47,257 bases of DNA. Source: an uncultured Alphaproteobacteria bacterium. Its GTDB lineage: Bacteria; Pseudomonadota; Alphaproteobacteria; CAZZKF01. Where the stretch lies: assembly GCA_964654995.1 (NCBI GenBank), contig CAZZKF010000006.1, positions 7,029 to 54,285 on the forward strand. Reading direction: 5' to 3'. The notes beneath the pieces were generated by a model. It saw only the letters and a program-made list of their open reading frames with translations. It did not search any database and had not been told where the DNA came from. A program made the translations under genes and the position numbers. Each line of letters starts with the position of its first letter. The first letter of the stretch is position 1. Below are positions 38,736 through 47,257 of this stretch, one piece after another.

Positions 38736-39374
38736 TCAGGCGGTCAGATCGGCCACGATGGTCACCCGGTCGTCGGCGGTCTGGGCAATCCCCAGGGTTG
38801 CGCCAAGGTCCTCGGCCAGATCGGCGGCCAGAATCGCCGGGCCGTGGCGCGGTGCCAGCTCCACCTCGCCGGCCCGCTTGGCGAGAATGCGGGCGACATC
38901 ATCATGCACCATGGCGCCGGTTCCCCGAGCCCCGATTTCAAGGCGCAGCCCCGCTCCGCGGGGCGCCAGATCGACCTCCAGCCGGCCGCCCCGGATCAAT
39001 GCCTCCTGGGCGAGAAGGATCAGATTGAGCAGCAGCTTGACCGCTTTCTTGTCAAGCTCGATGCGGCTCACCCGCCAGTCCAGCTCGATCTTGCCGTCGG
39101 CAAAATAATCTGCAACCACCGCGTGTGCCTCATCGAGCGTGATCGGCCGTGCCGCACCGCCCGAGGCGCCGAAGGCGAGGCGGTAAAAGCTGAGCCGCCG
39201 GCCGGCCTGGGCGGCGCTCATTTCCAGAAGCTTGAGCGCCTCGCGGCGCATCTCTTCATCGTCCTCGTCGGCGAGAAGCTCGACGCCGTTGGCCAGCGCC
39301 CCGATCGGGCTGACCAGATCGTGACACAGTTTCGAGCACAGGATCGCCGCCAGATCGGTTTCTGCCGCAACCAT
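38736..39374 (-). CDS. chpT: Histidine phosphotransferase of the CckA-ChpT-CtrA relay
   Basis: 'LAAILCSKLCHDLVSPIGALANGVELL', 'L.FYRLAFGASG', 'KLLLNL....EAL.RGG'; degenerate CA domain. Confidence 0.93.
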   Translation of the reverse strand: MVAAETDLAAILCSKLCHDLVSPIGALANGVELLADEDDEEMRREALKLLEMSAAQAGRRLSFYRLAFGASGGAARPITLDEAHAVVADYFADGKIELDWRVSRIELDKKAVKLLLNLILLAQEALIRGGRLEVDLAPRGAGLRLEIGARGTGAMVHDDVARILAKRAGEVELAPRHGPAILAADLAEDLGATLGIAQTADDRVTIVADLTA

Positions 39375-39495
39375 TCCTCTCACCCCTTTGTGGTGGCTCC
39401 AGGGCCGGTCTTCTTATAAATCATTTGTGAAAATCCCTCACTGCAAATTACGTTATAAGAACGACGGGAAGACAAACCGAAAAAGGCTTCGCGCG

Positions 39496-39672
39496 ATGTC
39501 CATGGAGTTTCTGCCCGGCGGTTTCGTCCGCCATCCCAAACGCCCCGATTGGGGGCTGGGCCAGATCCAGTCGGCGATCGGGGCGCGTGTTACCGTCAAT
39601 TTCGAGCATGCCGGCAAGCAGTTGATCAACATCGACGTCATCGAGCTCGAGCCGGCCGACCCCGGCAAGTAA
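39496..39672 (+). CDS. DUF3553 family small protein
   Basis: 'PG.FVRHP.RPDWGLGQIQS.IG.RVTVNFEHAGK..IN' pattern; divergent from chpT. Confidence 0.85.
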   Translation: MSMEFLPGGFVRHPKRPDWGLGQIQSAIGARVTVNFEHAGKQLINIDVIELEPADPGK

Positions 39673-39706
39673 ATGTCGCAGCACAGCGGACAGGGAGCCG
39701 CAGGCG

Positions 39707-41440
39707 ATGTCTGAGATCAATGACGCCGATGCGCTAGACAGCAAGAAACGTCGTCCCGGCCGCGGCCGGCGGCGTGCCCGTCCCTTCGGCCGCGGCCGTC
39801 AGGTGGCACCGGACGCAGTGGCCGAAATCCGCGCCCTGATCGGGCCGGAGCCCCTGGCACGCGACATGCTGATCGAATATCTGCACCGCATTCAAGATAC
39901 ATACGGACACTTGTCGGCGGCCCATCTGGCGGCCCTGGCCGACGAGATGCGCCTTGCCCAGGCGGAGGTCTACGAGGTGGCGACCTTTTACGCCCATTTC
40001 GATGTCGTCAAGGAAGGCGAGGCCGCGCCGCCGCCGATCACCGTGCGGGTCTGCGACAGCCTCACCTGCGCGATGATGGGGGCGGAGGATTTGCTGGCCG
40101 AACTGGCGGCCAGAGCCGGCCGCGAATTCCGCGTCGTGCGCGCGCCGTGCATGGGCCGCTGCGACGCAGCCCCGGCGGTCGCCGTCGGACACCGCCATGT
40201 CGAGCACGCCGCGGCCGATCAGGTCCTTGCCGCCGTGCGCGAGCGCCAGGCAAGCCCGGAAATCCCCGATTACCTCGCCCTCGATGGCTATCGTGCGCAA
40301 GGCGGCTACGATCTGCTCGACGCCTGCCGCGCCGGTGCGCAGCCAATCGACGACATCATCGCCGCACTCGATCAGGCGGGCTTGCGCGGGCTCGGCGGCG
40401 CCGGCTTTCCGGCGGCGCGCAAATGGGCCTTCGTGCGGGCCGAGCCGGCGCCCCGCTATCTGGTCGTCAATGCCGACGAGGGCGAGCCCGGCACCTTCAA
40501 GGACCGCTTCTATCTCGAATCCGATCCCCACCGGGTGCTCGAAGGCGCGCTGATCGCCGCCTGGGCGATCGAGGCAGACGCCGTCTACATCTACCTGCGC
40601 GATGAATATCCGGCGATACGGCAAATTCTCGCTGACGAGATTGCCGGGCTCGAGGCCGCCGGCCTGACAGAGGCCGGCTATATCCGCCTGCGGCGCGGCG
40701 CCGGCGCCTATATCTGCGGCGAGGAGTCGGCGATGCTGGAAAGCATCGAGGGCAAGCGCGGCCTGCCGCGGCACAAGCCGCCGTTCCCGGCGCAGGTCGG
40801 CCTGTTCGGGCGCCCGACCCTGATCCACAATGTCGAGACGCTCTACTGGATCCGCGATATCGTCAGCCGCGGCGCCGACTGGTTCGCCGGCCAGGGACGC
40901 CACGGGCGCACCGGCCTGCGCAGCTTTTCGGTCTCGGGCCGGGTGCGCGCGCCCGGCGTCAAGCTGGCCCCGGCCGGCATCACCCTGCGCGAACTGATCG
41001 ACGAGTACTGCGGCGGCATGGCCGAGGGGCATGCGCTCAGGGCCTATCTGCCGGGCGGCGCCTCGGGCGGTATTCTGCCGGCCACGATGGCCGACCTGCC
41101 GCTCGATTTCGGCACCCTCGAGGAGCACGGCTGCTTCATCGGCTCGGCGGCGGTGATCGTGCTCTCGGACCAGGACAATCTGGCCGATGCCGTGCGCAAC
41201 CTGCTGCGCTTCTTCGAGGACGAAAGCTGTGGCCAGTGCACGCCGTGCCGGGTCGGAACCGAAAAAGCCGTCATGCTGATGATGAATGATTCCTGGGACC
41301 GCGAAGTACTTGAAGATCTGGTGACCGTGATGAGCGAAGCCTCGATCTGCGGCCTTGGTCAGGCCGCCGGCAATCCGATCCGCTCCCTGCTGACCTACTT
41401 TCCCGACGATCTGCCGGGAAAGAAACAGGTGACGTCATGA
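39707..41440 (+). CDS. NAD-dependent formate dehydrogenase diaphorase (beta) subunit, NuoE-NuoF fusion
   Basis: NuoE-like 'VATFY..F', 'VCDSLTC', 'CMGRC..AP'; NuoF-like 'GLRGLGGAGFP', 'NADEGEPGTFKD', 'GAYICGEE', 'ESCGQCTPCR'. Confidence 0.92.
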   Translation: MSEINDADALDSKKRRPGRGRRRARPFGRGRQVAPDAVAEIRALIGPEPLARDMLIEYLHRIQDTYGHLSAAHLAALADEMRLAQAEVYEVATFYAHFDVVKEGEAAPPPITVRVCDSLTCAMMGAEDLLAELAARAGREFRVVRAPCMGRCDAAPAVAVGHRHVEHAAADQVLAAVRERQASPEIPDYLALDGYRAQGGYDLLDACRAGAQPIDDIIAALDQAGLRGLGGAGFPAARKWAFVRAEPAPRYLVVNADEGEPGTFKDRFYLESDPHRVLEGALIAAWAIEADAVYIYLRDEYPAIRQILADEIAGLEAAGLTEAGYIRLRRGAGAYICGEESAMLESIEGKRGLPRHKPPFPAQVGLFGRPTLIHNVETLYWIRDIVSRGADWFAGQGRHGRTGLRSFSVSGRVRAPGVKLAPAGITLRELIDEYCGGMAEGHALRAYLPGGASGGILPATMADLPLDFGTLEEHGCFIGSAAVIVLSDQDNLADAVRNLLRFFEDESCGQCTPCRVGTEKAVMLMMNDSWDREVLEDLVTVMSEASICGLGQAAGNPIRSLLTYFPDDLPGKKQVTS

Positions 41441-44217
41441 GCGAAACCCTCACCTTCACGCTTGACGGCCAGGACGTCGAGGCGCGCGCCGACGAGACCA
41501 TCTGGCAGGTCGCCCGCCGGTTTGGCACCGAGATTCCGCACCTGTGCTATGCGCCGAAGCCCGGTTATCGGGCCGACGGGAATTGTCGCGCCTGCATGGT
41601 CGAGATCGAGGGCGAGCGGGTGCTCGCCGCATCCTGCATCCGCAGGCCGGCGCCCGGCATGGTCGTGCAAACCCAAAGCCCCCGGGCGCGAGACGCGCGG
41701 CGGCTGGTGATGGAGCTGCTGGTCGCCGACCAGCCGGCGGGGGCTGCCGCACATGATCCGGAGTCCCACCTGTGGCAATGGGCCCGGCGCATCGGTGTGA
41801 CCGCGAGCCGCCTTCCGGCCCGTGGGCGCCCGCCCGAGGACCGCAGCCATCCGGCCATGCGGGTCAATCTGGACGCCTGCATCCACTGCACCTTGTGTGT
41901 GCGCGCCTGCCGCGAGGTGCAGGTCAACGATGTCATCGGCATGGCCGGGCGCGGCGCCCATGCCCGCATCGTCTTCGATTTCGACGATCCGATGGGCGAG
42001 AGCACCTGCGTGGCCTGTGGCGAATGCGTGCAGGCGTGTCCCACCGGCGCGCTCTTGCCGGCCACGGTGGTCGAGCAGGCGGCCGCTGACGCAACCGTTG
42101 ACGGCGCGCGTTCGGTGGACAGCGTCTGTCCCTATTGCGGGGTCGGCTGCCAGATCACCTATCACGTGCAAGGCGACCGGCTGATCGAGGTCGAAGGGCG
42201 GCCCGGCCCGGCCAACGACGGCCGCTTGTGCGTCAAGGGCCGCTTCGGTTTCGACTATGTCAGCCATCCCGACCGCCTGCTCACGCCCCTGATCCGGCGC
42301 GAAGACGCACCCAAGACGGTGGATCCGGACATCGATCCGGCCAATCCGCTCAGCCATTTCCGGGAAGCGAGCTGGGAGGAGGCGCTCGATGCGGCCGCCG
42401 CCGGCCTGCGCCGCATTCTCGAGCGCCATGGCAGCCGCAGCCTCGCCGGCTTCGGCTCGGCCAAATGCTCGAACGAAGAGGCCTATCTGTTCCAGAAGCT
42501 GGTGCGCACCGGGTTCGGCAACAACAATGTCGATCACTGCACCCGGCTGTGCCATGCCTCGTCGGTGGCCGCGCTGCTCGAAGGCATCGGCTCGGGCGCC
42601 GTGACCGCGCCGTTCACCGATGCGCTTCACGCCGACGTTATCATCACCATCGGCTGCAACCCGGTCGAGAACCACCCGGTTGCCGCCACCTTCTTCAAGA
42701 ACGCCGCCAGGGCCGGCAAGACTCTGATCGTCATGGACCCGCGCGGGGTGGCGCTCAAGCGCCATGCCACCCACATGCTGCAGTTCAGACCGGGAGCGGA
42801 CGTGGCGCTCCTGAACGCCATGATGAACGTAATCGTCGAGGAAGGCCTCTATGACCGTCAGTACATCGAGAAGTATACGGAGGGTTTCGAGGCCTATGCC
42901 GAGCACCTGCGCCGCTTCCCGCCCGAGAAAATGGCGCAAGTTTGCGGCATCGAGCCCGAGACCATCCGCACCGTGGCCCGCACCTTCGCCACCGCCGACC
43001 GGGCGATCATCTTCTGGGGCATGGGGGTCTCGCAGCATGTTCACGGCACCGACAACGCCCGCTGTCTGATCGCGCTGGCGCTGATGTGCGGCCATGTCGG
43101 GCGCCCGGGCACCGGCCTGCATCCCCTGCGCGGCCAGAACAATGTGCAAGGGGCATCGGACGCCGGGCTCATCCCGATGGTCTATCCCGATTATCAGCCG
43201 GTGACCGATGACGATGTACGCCGGCGCTTCGAGGACGCCTGGGGCACGTCGCTGGACCCCGAGGCCGGGCTCACGGTGGTCGAAATCATGGATGCGGTGC
43301 ATGCCGGGGAGATCAGGGGCATGTACATCATGGGCGAGAACCCGGCGATGTCGGACCCCGATGCCCATCACGCCCGCGAGGCGCTCGCCCGGCTCGAGCA
43401 CCTGGTGGTTCAGGACCTGTTCCTGACCGAGACCGCGGTCTATGCCGACGTCGTGCTGCCGGCCTCGGCCTGGCCGGAAAAGGACGGCACGGTGACCAAT
43501 TCCAACCGCCAGGTGCAGATGGGCCGGCGCGCCCTTCCCTTGCCCGGGCAGGCGCGGCCCGACTGGTGGATCGTCCAGGAAATCGCCAGACGCCTGGGGC
43601 TCGACTGGAACTACGCCCATCCGCGCGATATCTACGCCGAAATGGCCGCCGTCATGCCCTCGCTCGACAACATCACCTGGGAGCGGCTTGAGCGCGAAAA
43701 CGCGGTCACCTACCCCTGTCCGGCCCCCGATCAGCCGGGCCAGGCGGTGGTCTTCGGCGATGGCTTCCCGACGCCCACCGGCAAGGCCCGGTTTGTCCCC
43801 GCCGACATCATCCCGCCCGACGAGCAGCCGGATGACGACTATCCGATGATCCTGACCACCGGGCGTCAGCTCGAACACTGGCACACCGGCGCCATGACCC
43901 GGCGGGCGGAAGTGCTCGATGCCCTCGAGCCGGCGGCGATCGCCACCCTGTGCCCGGCGGATCTGCGCGCCATCGGCGCCAAGCCCGGCGACGCGATCCG
44001 GGTGAGCACCCGGCGCGGCAGCATCGAGCTCACCGCGCGCATGGACAGCGGCGTGCCCCGGGGTGCCATTTTCATCCCCTTCTGTTACGCGGAAGCGGCG
44101 GCCAATATGCTGACCAATCCGGCGCTCGATCCGTTCGGGAAGATCCCCGAGTTCAAGTTCTGCGCCGCCCGCATCGAGAAGATCGAGGAGAGCCCGGCGC
44201 AGCGCCCCCAGGCTTAA
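41437..44217 (+). CDS. Formate dehydrogenase alpha subunit (Mo/W-bisPGD, Cys-ligated)
   Basis: 2Fe-2S 'IPHLC..GNCRACMV', two CxxCxxC ferredoxin motifs, 'CPYCGVGC', active site 'DHCTRLCHASS', 'LRGQNNVQGA', 'IPEFKFCA'. Confidence 0.95.
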   Translation: MSETLTFTLDGQDVEARADETIWQVARRFGTEIPHLCYAPKPGYRADGNCRACMVEIEGERVLAASCIRRPAPGMVVQTQSPRARDARRLVMELLVADQPAGAAAHDPESHLWQWARRIGVTASRLPARGRPPEDRSHPAMRVNLDACIHCTLCVRACREVQVNDVIGMAGRGAHARIVFDFDDPMGESTCVACGECVQACPTGALLPATVVEQAAADATVDGARSVDSVCPYCGVGCQITYHVQGDRLIEVEGRPGPANDGRLCVKGRFGFDYVSHPDRLLTPLIRREDAPKTVDPDIDPANPLSHFREASWEEALDAAAAGLRRILERHGSRSLAGFGSAKCSNEEAYLFQKLVRTGFGNNNVDHCTRLCHASSVAALLEGIGSGAVTAPFTDALHADVIITIGCNPVENHPVAATFFKNAARAGKTLIVMDPRGVALKRHATHMLQFRPGADVALLNAMMNVIVEEGLYDRQYIEKYTEGFEAYAEHLRRFPPEKMAQVCGIEPETIRTVARTFATADRAIIFWGMGVSQHVHGTDNARCLIALALMCGHVGRPGTGLHPLRGQNNVQGASDAGLIPMVYPDYQPVTDDDVRRRFEDAWGTSLDPEAGLTVVEIMDAVHAGEIRGMYIMGENPAMSDPDAHHAREALARLEHLVVQDLFLTETAVYADVVLPASAWPEKDGTVTNSNRQVQMGRRALPLPGQARPDWWIVQEIARRLGLDWNYAHPRDIYAEMAAVMPSLDNITWERLERENAVTYPCPAPDQPGQAVVFGDGFPTPTGKARFVPADIIPPDEQPDDDYPMILTTGRQLEHWHTGAMTRRAEVLDALEPAAIATLCPADLRAIGAKPGDAIRVSTRRGSIELTARMDSGVPRGAIFIPFCYAEAAANMLTNPALDPFGKIPEFKFCAARIEKIEESPAQRPQA

Positions 44218-44861
44218 GGCGCACGACCGCCCTGCGCCTGCAGCAGCCGCTCGGCGGCGGCCAGATCGCCGGCCCGGTTGGCGTTGAAGAAGGGGTCAAT
44301 GGGCTGATCCGGCCATTCGACGACATGCAGGCGATGGCGCGCCGTCCACACATCGATCCGGCGCAAGCCCTCGTCGACCAGGGCGCGGCGCAGATCATCG
44401 GCGAGCGCGACGGGCCACAGGGCGACCACCGGATGGGTGCGCCCGCCCGAGGCGGCGCAGGCGATGGCGGTCTCGTCCCCGGCCACCGCTTGCGCCAGCC
44501 GGACGACCAGATCGGCAGGCAGAAACGGCGCATCGGTCGGCACCGTGAGAATGCGGCAGGCATCCGGCACCTGCGCGCCCGCCCACATCATGCCGGTGAG
44601 CACGCCGGCGAGTGGCCCGGCAAAGCCTTCGATCACGTCCGATGCCACCGGCAAACCATAGCTGGCGAAGCGGTGCGGATCGCCGTTGGCGTTGAGCACC
44701 AGCCGATCGACCTGCGGTGCCACACGCGCGATCACGTGATCGAGGAGCGGCCGGCCGGCGAGTTCGCGCAGGCATTTGTCACCGCCGCCCATGCGCCGGG
44801 CCAGCCCGCCGGCCAGCAGCACGCCGACGATCGGGCCGCGCGCTGCCGGATCACTCGCCAA
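44214..44861 (-). CDS. mobA: Molybdenum cofactor guanylyltransferase; start approximate (TTG overlapping the fdhD stop)
   Basis: 'LLAGGLARRMGGGDK', 'GPLAG', 'VPTDAPF', 'HPVVALW', 'FFNAN'. Confidence 0.92.
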   Translation of the reverse strand: MASDPAARGPIVGVLLAGGLARRMGGGDKCLRELAGRPLLDHVIARVAPQVDRLVLNANGDPHRFASYGLPVASDVIEGFAGPLAGVLTGMMWAGAQVPDACRILTVPTDAPFLPADLVVRLAQAVAGDETAIACAASGGRTHPVVALWPVALADDLRRALVDEGLRRIDVWTARHRLHVVEWPDQPIDPFFNANRAGDLAAAERLLQAQGGRAP

Positions 44862-45723
44862 GGCTCGCCTTTCGCTGGATGCGCGGGCTTTCGGCCGGCA
44901 CCTGCGCCGGATCGGCGTCATAAACCAGGCGGTCCTCACCCGAGACGCAGATGAACCGCTTGCCCCGGGCGCGGCCGATCAGGGTCAGGCCGGCGCGGCG
45001 CGCCAGCTCGACGCCGGAGGCGGTAAAGCCCGAGCGCGACATCAGGACGGGCACGCGCATCTGCACGCATTTGATGACCATTTCGCTGGTCAACCGGCCG
45101 GTGGTATAGAGCAGCTTGTCCTCAGGGCTCATGCCATGAAGGAACATGTAGCCGGCGATCTTGTCGATGGCGTTGTGGCGCCCGACGTCTTCCATGTAGA
45201 TGAGCGGCCGGTCCCCCTGGCACAGCACGCAGCCGTGCACCGCCCCGGCGGTCAGGTAAAGGCTCTCGGTGGTGTTGATGCGCCGGGCCAGGGCATACAG
45301 CCAGGAGGTGCGCACCGTCACGTCGTCGGCCAGCCGCGACTGCTCGAATTTTTCCATGATGTCGCCGAACACCGTGCCCTGGGCGCAGCCCGAGGTCAGC
45401 GTCTTTTTCTTCAGCCTCGCCTCGTAATCGGTCTCGCGTTCGGTGCGCACGACGATGACGTCGATCTCGTCATCGACGTCGACATGCGTAATCACGTCGT
45501 CGGCGCGGATCATGTTCTGATTGAGCAGAAAGCCGACACCGAGATAACGCGGATGATCGCCGACCGTCATCAGGGTGACGATTTCCTGGGAATTCAGGAA
45601 CAGGGTGAAGGCGCGCTCCATCGGCACCGCGATCTCGCAGGCCGTCTGTTCGTGATCGATGCCGGCGATGCGGCGCGTGAGCTGCGGGTTGCCGGGCTGC
45701 GGCTTAACGATAAATTCATCCAT
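44851..45723 (-). CDS. fdhD: Formate dehydrogenase accessory sulfurtransferase
   Basis: 'LTSGCAQG', 'GAVHGC', 'EDVGRHNAIDK', 'TGRLTSEMV.K', 'AGLTLIG'; the true start is the internal ATG at 45723. Confidence 0.93.
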   Translation of the reverse strand: MDEFIVKPQPGNPQLTRRIAGIDHEQTACEIAVPMERAFTLFLNSQEIVTLMTVGDHPRYLGVGFLLNQNMIRADDVITHVDVDDEIDVIVVRTERETDYEARLKKKTLTSGCAQGTVFGDIMEKFEQSRLADDVTVRTSWLYALARRINTTESLYLTAGAVHGCVLCQGDRPLIYMEDVGRHNAIDKIAGYMFLHGMSPEDKLLYTTGRLTSEMVIKCVQMRVPVLMSRSGFTASGVELARRAGLTLIGRARGKRFICVSGEDRLVYDADPAQVPAESPRIQRKASLGE

Positions 45724-45828
45724 GCCCTCAATATGTGGCAAAGGCTTGGCGCTGCCAACCGGGACGGTGGACAGACCCGATCGCCGGCGCCATGATGCGG
45801 CGCGCAACCACAACAGAAGGCCCCCCCA

Positions 45829-46611
45829 ATGACCCTTGACCGGCAGCGGATCGTCGACGCCCTGCGCGAGATTGCCCTTGAGGCCGGGCGCGCCATCCTC
45901 GAGATTTACCAGCATGACATCGCGGTGCGCGAGAAGGACGACCGCAGCCCCGTAACCGACGCCGATACCGCGGCGGAAGCGATCATTCTCGCCCGGCTGG
46001 CCGAGCTGACACCGGGGATTCCGATCATCGCCGAAGAGCAGGTGGCGGCCGGCAAGGTGCCTCAGATCGCCGAACGCTTCTGGCTGGTCGATCCCCTGGA
46101 CGGCACCAAGGAATTCATCAGCCGCAACGGCGAATTCACCGTCAATATTGCACTGATCGAGGGCGACCGGCCGACATTGGGCGTCGTCTATGCGCCGGCC
46201 CGGGGGCGGCTGTTCCTGGCCGGGCCCGATGGCGCCACTGTCGAGGAACAGGGGGCGCCCGGCGTCTGGTCGGAACCGCGCGCGATTGCCGTGCGCGCCG
46301 CGCCACCGGACGGCCTCACCGTCGTCGCCAGCCGCTCGCACCGCGACGAGAAGACCGACAAGTACCTCGAGCAGTTCAACGTCAAGACCCTGATCTCGGC
46401 CGGCAGTTCGCTCAAGTTCTGCCTGGTGGCAGCCGGCGAGGCCGATCTTTATCCGCGTCTCGGGCGCACCATGGAATGGGACACGGCGGCCGGCCACGCG
46501 GTCCTGGCGGCCGCCGGCGGCCGGGTGGAGACGCTCGACGGTGCGCCGCTCACCTACGGCAAGGGACCGATCTTCGAGAACCCGTTCTTCGTCGCCCGCG
46601 GCGGCGACTGA
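45829..46611 (+). CDS. cysQ: 3'(2'),5'-bisphosphate nucleotidase
   Basis: 'KDDRSPVTDAD', 'WLVDPLDGTKEFI', 'SRSH', 'GSSLKFC.VA.GEAD.YPR', 'EWDTAAG'. Confidence 0.94.
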   Translation: MTLDRQRIVDALREIALEAGRAILEIYQHDIAVREKDDRSPVTDADTAAEAIILARLAELTPGIPIIAEEQVAAGKVPQIAERFWLVDPLDGTKEFISRNGEFTVNIALIEGDRPTLGVVYAPARGRLFLAGPDGATVEEQGAPGVWSEPRAIAVRAAPPDGLTVVASRSHRDEKTDKYLEQFNVKTLISAGSSLKFCLVAAGEADLYPRLGRTMEWDTAAGHAVLAAAGGRVETLDGAPLTYGKGPIFENPFFVARGGD

Positions 46612-47021
46612 CGCCGCCGCCAGAGCCGTGCCCGGGCACCTGCCGCACAACAGGGGCTTGGCGCCGCGCCGCCGTTGTTCTAACATTTGACGGCAGGGCC
46701 GGGCGCCGGCTTGAAAGCGGGCGCGCGGCGACCTTAATTGAAAGTACCGGTAACGGGCACCCTGTGACGGGTGAGTGTGTTTGACGATTGATGTTGTGGT
46801 CCAAGACGCGGTGAGCCCTGCCGGGCGGCGGGGCGTGCGCTTGGGGTTATCCGCTTCGGCGCGGGCCTTTCGTGAGGACAGCCCGCCCGCCCAAAACCAG
46901 ACCAGCAAGAACAGGCAAGCGGCCGGATTAGCATTCGGTCAACCATTTGGGCTGACAATAACAGCATGGACAAGACCCCGAGGGAGGCGCCGAAGGAGAG
47001 TGAAGTACGGAGTGATCAGTC

Positions 47022-47257
47022 ATGAAACCTGACGACATGTTGCGTGGCAACTACCATCTTACGACGGCCGAGATCCTGTATTACATGCCGGATCACCCGA
47101 GCCTGATCCAGAGCTTCGTCTGGCAGCAGTACGATCTGGCGCCGCATTATCCGGCCTTGCGCAAATTCCTCGATTACTGGACCAAGCACATCGAAGCCAA
47201 GCTGCATTCGGTGTGCGTCGGCTCGCGCGAGATCTTCGCGCCGACCGAAATCGTCTA
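47022..47257 (+). CDS. usg: Usg-family protein, cut off by the window end (absent from the ORF track)
   Basis: Manual translation MKPDDMLRGNYHLTTAEILYYMPDHPSLIQSFVWQQYDLAPHYPALRKFLDYWTKHIEAKLHSVCV matches the Usg pattern LTTAEILY.PDHP..Q.F.WQ.YDLAP.P.L..FL..W...LHSV; GGAG RBS. Confidence 0.88.
   Translation, partial: MKPDDMLRGNYHLTTAEILYYMPDHPSLIQSFVWQQYDLAPHYPALRKFLDYWTKHIEAKLHSVCVGSREIFAPTEIV

Noticed and set aside
41437-44217. Selenocysteine recoding in the formate dehydrogenase
   Set aside because: The active-site ligand is encoded as Cys (RLCH) and there is no in-frame TGA
44851-46908. 685-aa ORF suggesting an N-terminally extended FdhD fusion
   Set aside because: The extra N-terminal part is the antisense of cysQ; FdhD similarity starts at the ATG at 45723
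46975-47005. 'GGCGCCGAAGGAG' resembling a glycine riboswitch core upstream of usg
   Set aside because: The downstream CTCTCAGG element and the rest of the aptamer are absent
1-47257. Mobile elements, prophage, CRISPR arrays, tRNA or rRNA genes
   Set aside because: I saw no transposase, integrase, phage gene, regularly spaced repeat array or structural RNA signature; the intergenic gaps are short and mostly explained by promoters or terminators

Overview
High-GC alphaproteobacterial chromosome segment with no mobile elements, RNA genes or CRISPR arrays that I could support. Left (1-8.9 kb): housekeeping genes (zincin peptidase, CobB sirtuin, LMW phosphatase, fructosamine kinase, 2H phosphoesterase, methyltransferase, TesA/YbbA/YbbP-like trio, Bax inhibitor-1). 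Centre (8.9-39.4 kb): a flagellar and chemotaxis supercluster (flgL-flgK divergent from fliK-flgD-flgE; sciP; fliF-fliG-fliH-fliN-motA-flbD-flhA-flhF-flhG plus two hypotheticals; fliI-fliJ; ctrA; chpT-cheA-cheW-cheY-cheB-cheR) with readable sigma54 promoters, FlbD (ftr)-like dyads, an IHF-like site and CtrA-like boxes. Right (39.5-47.3 kb): DUF3553, a two-subunit NAD-linked formate dehydrogenase, mobA, fdhD, cysQ and a usg-family gene cut by the window edge. The standout observation is that the hybrid CheA carries a complete group I truncated (2/2) haemoglobin domain (about aa 193-311, nt 37654-38010) in frame between its Hpt and dimerisation domains, suggesting a chemotaxis kinase with its own haem gas sensor. 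Also of note: a cysteine-free QueF-like protein and a second FliK-like protein at the end of the fliF operon. All calls come from motif recognition by eye; no database searches were run.
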